Position numbers and translations under genes: made by a program | The notes under the pieces: model-generated | Seen by the model: only the letters and a program-made list of their open reading frames with translations | The model's database searches: none | What the model was told of the DNA's origin: nothing | Origin: Mycobacterium sp. | GTDB lineage: Bacteria; Actinomycetota; Actinomycetes; Mycobacteriales; Mycobacteriaceae | DNA length: 64,000 nt | Direction: 5' to 3' (one strand) | Assembly: GCA_044342925.1 (NCBI GenBank) | Contig: JBIIOV010000001.1 | Shown here: one piece after another, positions 60,960 to 64,000 of the stretch | Layout of the letters: every line of letters starts with the position of its first letter | Position numbering within the stretch: the first letter of the stretch is position 1

Positions 60960-61580
60960 ATCAGCACTGAGACCCGCGTCAACGAGCGTATCCGCGTACC
61001 TGAAGTCCGACTCATCGGACCGGGCGGGGAGCAGGTAGGCATTGTGCGTATCGAGGACGCTCTCCGCGTCGCCGCGGATGCCGATCTCGACCTTGTCGAA
61101 GTAGCCCCGGACGCGAAGCCGCCGGTGTGCAAGATCATGGACTACGGCAAGTTCAAATACGAGACGGCACTGAAGGAGCGCGAGTCTCGCAAGAACCAGC
61201 AGCAGACCGTCGTCAAGGAGCAGAAACTCCGTCCCAAGATCGACCCGCACGACTACCAGACCAAAAAGGGTCACGTGATCCGCTTCCTGGAGGCCGGGTC
61301 CAAGGTCAAGGTGACGATCATGTTCCGCGGTCGTGAGCAGTCCCGGCCCGAACTCGGGTACCGGCTGCTGCAGCGACTGGGCGCCGACGTCGCCGACTAC
61401 GGCTTCGTCGAGACGTCCGCCAAGCAGGATGGCCGCAATATGACGATGGTGCTGGCTCCGCACCGCGGCGCGAAAACGCGCGCCAAGGCGGCGGAACAAG
61501 CAAGCGGACCGCCAGCGGGGCGTCCGGTCGCCCAGCCCGCTGAGCCCGCAGAGCCCGAAGCTCCAACCGAGCAGAACTGA
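60960..61580 (+). CDS. infC: Translation initiation factor IF-3 (probable ATC start)
   Basis: [29 protein letters not shown]... is near-identical to mycobacterial IF-3. GGGAGG lies 4 nt upstream of ATC 60960. An in-frame ATG at 60936 is the alternative start. Confidence 0.93.
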   Translation: MSTETRVNERIRVPEVRLIGPGGEQVGIVRIEDALRVAADADLDLVEVAPDAKPPVCKIMDYGKFKYETALKERESRKNQQQTVVKEQKLRPKIDPHDYQTKKGHVIRFLEAGSKVKVTIMFRGREQSRPELGYRLLQRLGADVADYGFVETSAKQDGRNMTMVLAPHRGAKTRAKAAEQASGPPAGRPVAQPAEPAEPEAPTEQN

Positions 61581-61604
61581 TAACCGAGGAAGAACGAGGA
61601 CACG

Positions 61605-61799
61605 ATGCCCAAGGCAAAGACCCACAGCGGGGCCAGCAAGCGCTTCCGCAAGACCGGGACCGGAAAGATCGTCCGGCAGAAGGCCGGCCGTCGCCATTTG
61701 CTCGAGCACAAGGCGACCAAGCGGACCCGTCGCCTCGATGGCCGGACCGTCGTCGCCGAGAACGACGTCAAGCGCGTCAACAAGATGCTCAACGGCTGA
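61605..61799 (+). CDS. rpmI: 50S ribosomal protein L35
   Basis: 64 aa: [36 protein letters not shown]... Confidence 0.97.
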   Translation: MPKAKTHSGASKRFRKTGTGKIVRQKAGRRHLLEHKATKRTRRLDGRTVVAENDVKRVNKMLNG

Positions 61800-61834
61800 T
61801 TCCTGCCGGCTGATTCTTACCGGCTGATTCTTGC
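61793..61834 (+). repeat. 14-bp tandem repeat x3 beginning in the last codons/stop of rpmI
   Basis: cggctgattcctgc / cggctgattcttac / cggctgattcttgc, followed by cggcc. Each copy carries TGA. Confidence 0.9.
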
Positions 61835-61901
61835 CGGCCGACGGCCCTGACAGCCGTCCTTTGACTTGACTCCCTAACCGAACCGAGAAGAGGAACCCCC
61901 A

Positions 61902-62291
61902 ATGGCCCGCGTGAAACGCGCACTCAATGCCCAGAAGAAGCGCCGCACAGTCCTCAAGGCGTCCAAGGGCTACCGCGGCCAGCGGTCACGGCTCTACCGC
62001 AAAGCCAAAGAGCAGCAGCTGCATTCGCTGACCTACGCCTACCGTGACCGGCGCGCCCGCAAGGGTGATTTCCGCAAGCTGTGGATCTCGCGGATCAACG
62101 CCGCCGCCCGCGCCAACGACATGACCTACAACCGGCTGATCCAGGGCCTGAAGGCCGCCGGTGTCGAGGTCGACCGCAAGAACCTGGCCGAGATCGCGGT
62201 CAGCGACCCCGCCGCGTTCACCGCTCTCGTCGAGGTCGCCAAGGCCGCTCTGCCGGAGGATGTGAACGCCCCCTCCGGTGAGGCTGCGTGA
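61902..62291 (+). CDS. rplT: 50S ribosomal protein L20
   Basis: 129 aa: [38 protein letters not shown]... Confidence 0.97.
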   Translation: MARVKRALNAQKKRRTVLKASKGYRGQRSRLYRKAKEQQLHSLTYAYRDRRARKGDFRKLWISRINAAARANDMTYNRLIQGLKAAGVEVDRKNLAEIAVSDPAAFTALVEVAKAALPEDVNAPSGEAA

Positions 62292-63073
62292 CGGAACCGC
62301 TCTCTGAGCGGTCCTCCACGGTCGTCGCAGCAGCCAAACTGCACCGCCGCGGCGAGCGGGCGGCCGCCCGCCGGTTCCTCGCCGAGGGTCCCAACCTGGT
62401 GGAGGCGGCTGCCCGTCGCGGCCTCGTCGAGCGGGTGTTCGCCACCGAGGCGGCGGCGCAGCGCTACCGCGAGATGCTCACCGGCGAGAGCGTTGCCACG
62501 GTCACCGACCGTGCGATGAAGTCGTTGTCGGACACTGTCACCCCCGCCGGACTGGTGGCCGTCTGCACACTGCCCGATCCGGACCTCGACGTCGTCCTGG
62601 CCGGCGGGCCGGCGTTGGTGGCGGTGGGCGCGGACATCTCCGATCCCGGCAACGCCGGCACGTTGATCCGGCTGGCCGAGGCCATGGGCGCCGCCGCGGT
62701 GGTGTTCTCCGGTGACGCGGTGGACCCCTACAACGGCAAGTGCGTGCGGTCGTCGGCCGGCAGCATCTTCGCGCTTCCGGTCGTGCTGGCGTCGGACACC
62801 GCAGCGTTGATCGACCGCCTGCGTGGCAGCGGCCTGCAGGTGCTGGCCGCCACGCTGGACGGCGAGGTGAGCCTCGATGACGCCGACGCGCTGCTCAGCG
62901 CGCCCACGGCGTGGGTTTTCGGCTCAGAGGCGCACGGATTGCCCAGCGACATCGCGCTGCGGGCCGACCACCGGGTGCTCATCCCGATGTCCGGTGATAT
63001 CGACAGCCTCAATGTGGCCGTCTCTGCCGCGATCTGCCTCTATCAGAGCGCGCGGGCCCGGCGCCGGGGATAG
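62288..63073 (+). CDS. TrmH/SpoU-family RNA 2'-O-methyltransferase (TsnR-like)
   Basis: 261 aa. SPOUT motifs are present ([43 protein letters not shown]). ATGA-type overlap with rplT. Confidence 0.88.
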   Translation: MTEPLSERSSTVVAAAKLHRRGERAAARRFLAEGPNLVEAAARRGLVERVFATEAAAQRYREMLTGESVATVTDRAMKSLSDTVTPAGLVAVCTLPDPDLDVVLAGGPALVAVGADISDPGNAGTLIRLAEAMGAAAVVFSGDAVDPYNGKCVRSSAGSIFALPVVLASDTAALIDRLRGSGLQVLAATLDGEVSLDDADALLSAPTAWVFGSEAHGLPSDIALRADHRVLIPMSGDIDSLNVAVSAAICLYQSARARRRG

Positions 63074-63096
63074 CCCCGGTGCCCTAGGCTGGCCGG

Positions 63097-64000
63097 GTGG
63101 ACGTCGAGCCGAGCGGCGATCAGCCGGGCAGCGGTGATGGTCACGCTGAGCAGGACAATCCGGCAAAAGGTCCGATTGCCTGGCTGAAGAAGACCAACCG
63201 GAATCCCGGCGTCGTCGCGCTGATCCGGCGGGCCCGCGAAGCGCTTCCCGGCGATCCCGACTTCGGTGATCCGCTGTCGATGGCCGGCGAGGGCGGCCCG
63301 CAGGCCGCGGCCCGCGCCGCCGACCGTATTCTGCGCGACCGCGAGGCAGCCACCCGCGAGGTGGGCCTGGCCACGTTGCAGGTCTGGCAGGCGCTCACCG
63401 AACGGGTGGCCGGAAGGCCGGCCGACAGCGAGGTCACCATCGTCTTCACCGATCTGGTCGGTTTCTCGGACTGGTCGTTGCAGGCCGGCGACGAAGCCAC
63501 CCTGCGGCTCCTGCGCCGGGTCGCCCAGGTCGCCGAACCACCGCTGCTCGACGCCGGCGGTCAGATCGTCAAGCGGATGGGCGACGGGATCATGGTGGTC
63601 TTCCGCGATCCGGTCACCGCGGTGAAGGCCACGATGGCGGCCCGCGATGCGGTGAAAAACGTCGAGGTGGATGGGTATACGCCCCGCATCAGGGCCGGTA
63701 TCCACACCGGCCGCCCGCAGCGCATCGGGGGCGACTGGCTCGGGGTGGACGTCAACATCGCCGCCCGGGTCATGGAACGAGCCACCCGGGGCGGGCTGAT
63801 CATCTCCGAGAAGACCCTGGAGGAGATTCCGCCCGCCGAACTGGAAGCGCTCGGCGTCACCGTCAAACGGGTGCGCCGCCAGGTCTTCACCGGCCGACAG
63901 TCCGGGGTGCCGCCGGACCTGGTCATGTACCGGCTCAAATCCAAGCGCGACGTGCCCGCCGAGGACGACCAGCAGGACGGCGAGTCGGGCAACTCCGGCT
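63097..64000 (+). CDS. Class III adenylate cyclase (Rv1647-like), 3' end outside the window
   Basis: Not in the ORF track because it has no stop within the window. My own translation from GTG 63097 stays open to 64000. It contains VTIVFTDLVGFSDW, KRMGDGIMVVF, RAGIHTGRP and GVDVNIAARV. Confidence 0.85.
   Translation, partial: MDVEPSGDQPGSGDGHAEQDNPAKGPIAWLKKTNRNPGVVALIRRAREALPGDPDFGDPLSMAGEGGPQAAARAADRILRDREAATREVGLATLQVWQALTERVAGRPADSEVTIVFTDLVGFSDWSLQAGDEATLRLLRRVAQVAEPPLLDAGGQIVKRMGDGIMVVFRDPVTAVKATMAARDAVKNVEVDGYTPRIRAGIHTGRPQRIGGDWLGVDVNIAARVMERATRGGLIISEKTLEEIPPAELEALGVTVKRVRRQVFTGRQSGVPPDLVMYRLKSKRDVPAEDDQQDGESGNSG

Overview
Very GC-rich actinobacterial chromosome segment. Gene content and order look like a non-tuberculous Mycobacterium. 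I call about 65 protein genes, 1 tRNA, 3 decayed gene remnants and several short tandem-repeat arrays. I found no rRNA, no CRISPR array, and no transposase, integrase or phage genes.

Left part (1-22.5 kb):
- An aerobic-type corrin (vitamin B12) cluster: cobL-cobM-cobK (+), cobG-cobH-cobIJ (-) and cobN (+).
- The cluster is bracketed by two PPOX/F420-type split-barrel genes and a DprE2-like SDR.
- It is interrupted by a tightly coupled DUF4129 / MoxR AAA+ / DUF58 cassette that runs straight into cobN.
- Downstream follow fxsA, an amidohydrolase, lnt-ppm1 and rbpA.

Right part (24.2-64 kb): tRNA, pdtaR, a liv-type ABC importer, thiolase/DUF35, polA, prsW-like, rpsA, coaE, sulP, uvrB, an L,D-transpeptidase, a USP, a corA-like gene, an MPT63-like gene, a PepSY membrane protein, an MBL hydrolase, uvrA, tetR/mpaB, a PCuAC-DyP pair, DUF1844, infC-rpmI-rplT, a TrmH-family methyltransferase, and an adenylate cyclase that runs off the window.

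From memory of M. tuberculosis gene order, these are the Rv2074-Rv2049c and Rv1626-Rv1647 neighbourhoods. They are joined at a lower-GC, decayed islet (22.9-24.2 kb) next to the tRNA.

Most of the window is ordinary core genome. The features worth a second look are:
1. A set of short-period tandem arrays seeded exactly on stop/start codons of gene junctions. The main case is a 32-bp array between cobH and cobIJ that forms a chain of ATGA-coupled mini-ORFs.
2. The MoxR/DUF58 cassette coupled to cobN, a possible AAA+/vWA partner for a CobN that has no cobS/cobT nearby.
3. An in-frame (GGSV)n microsatellite next to motif A of PolA.
4. A 14 x 18-bp repeat gene for a secreted (A-P-V/I-P-V-G)n protein.
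5. A Leu-like tRNA(CAA) with only a 5-nt variable loop.
6. RecA-NDp/PafBC-type leaderless promoters on uvrA and uvrB.
7. A terminator-like hairpin in the infC leader plus an ATC start for infC.

All homology statements come from reading the translated ORFs and from memory of the families. No searches were run.
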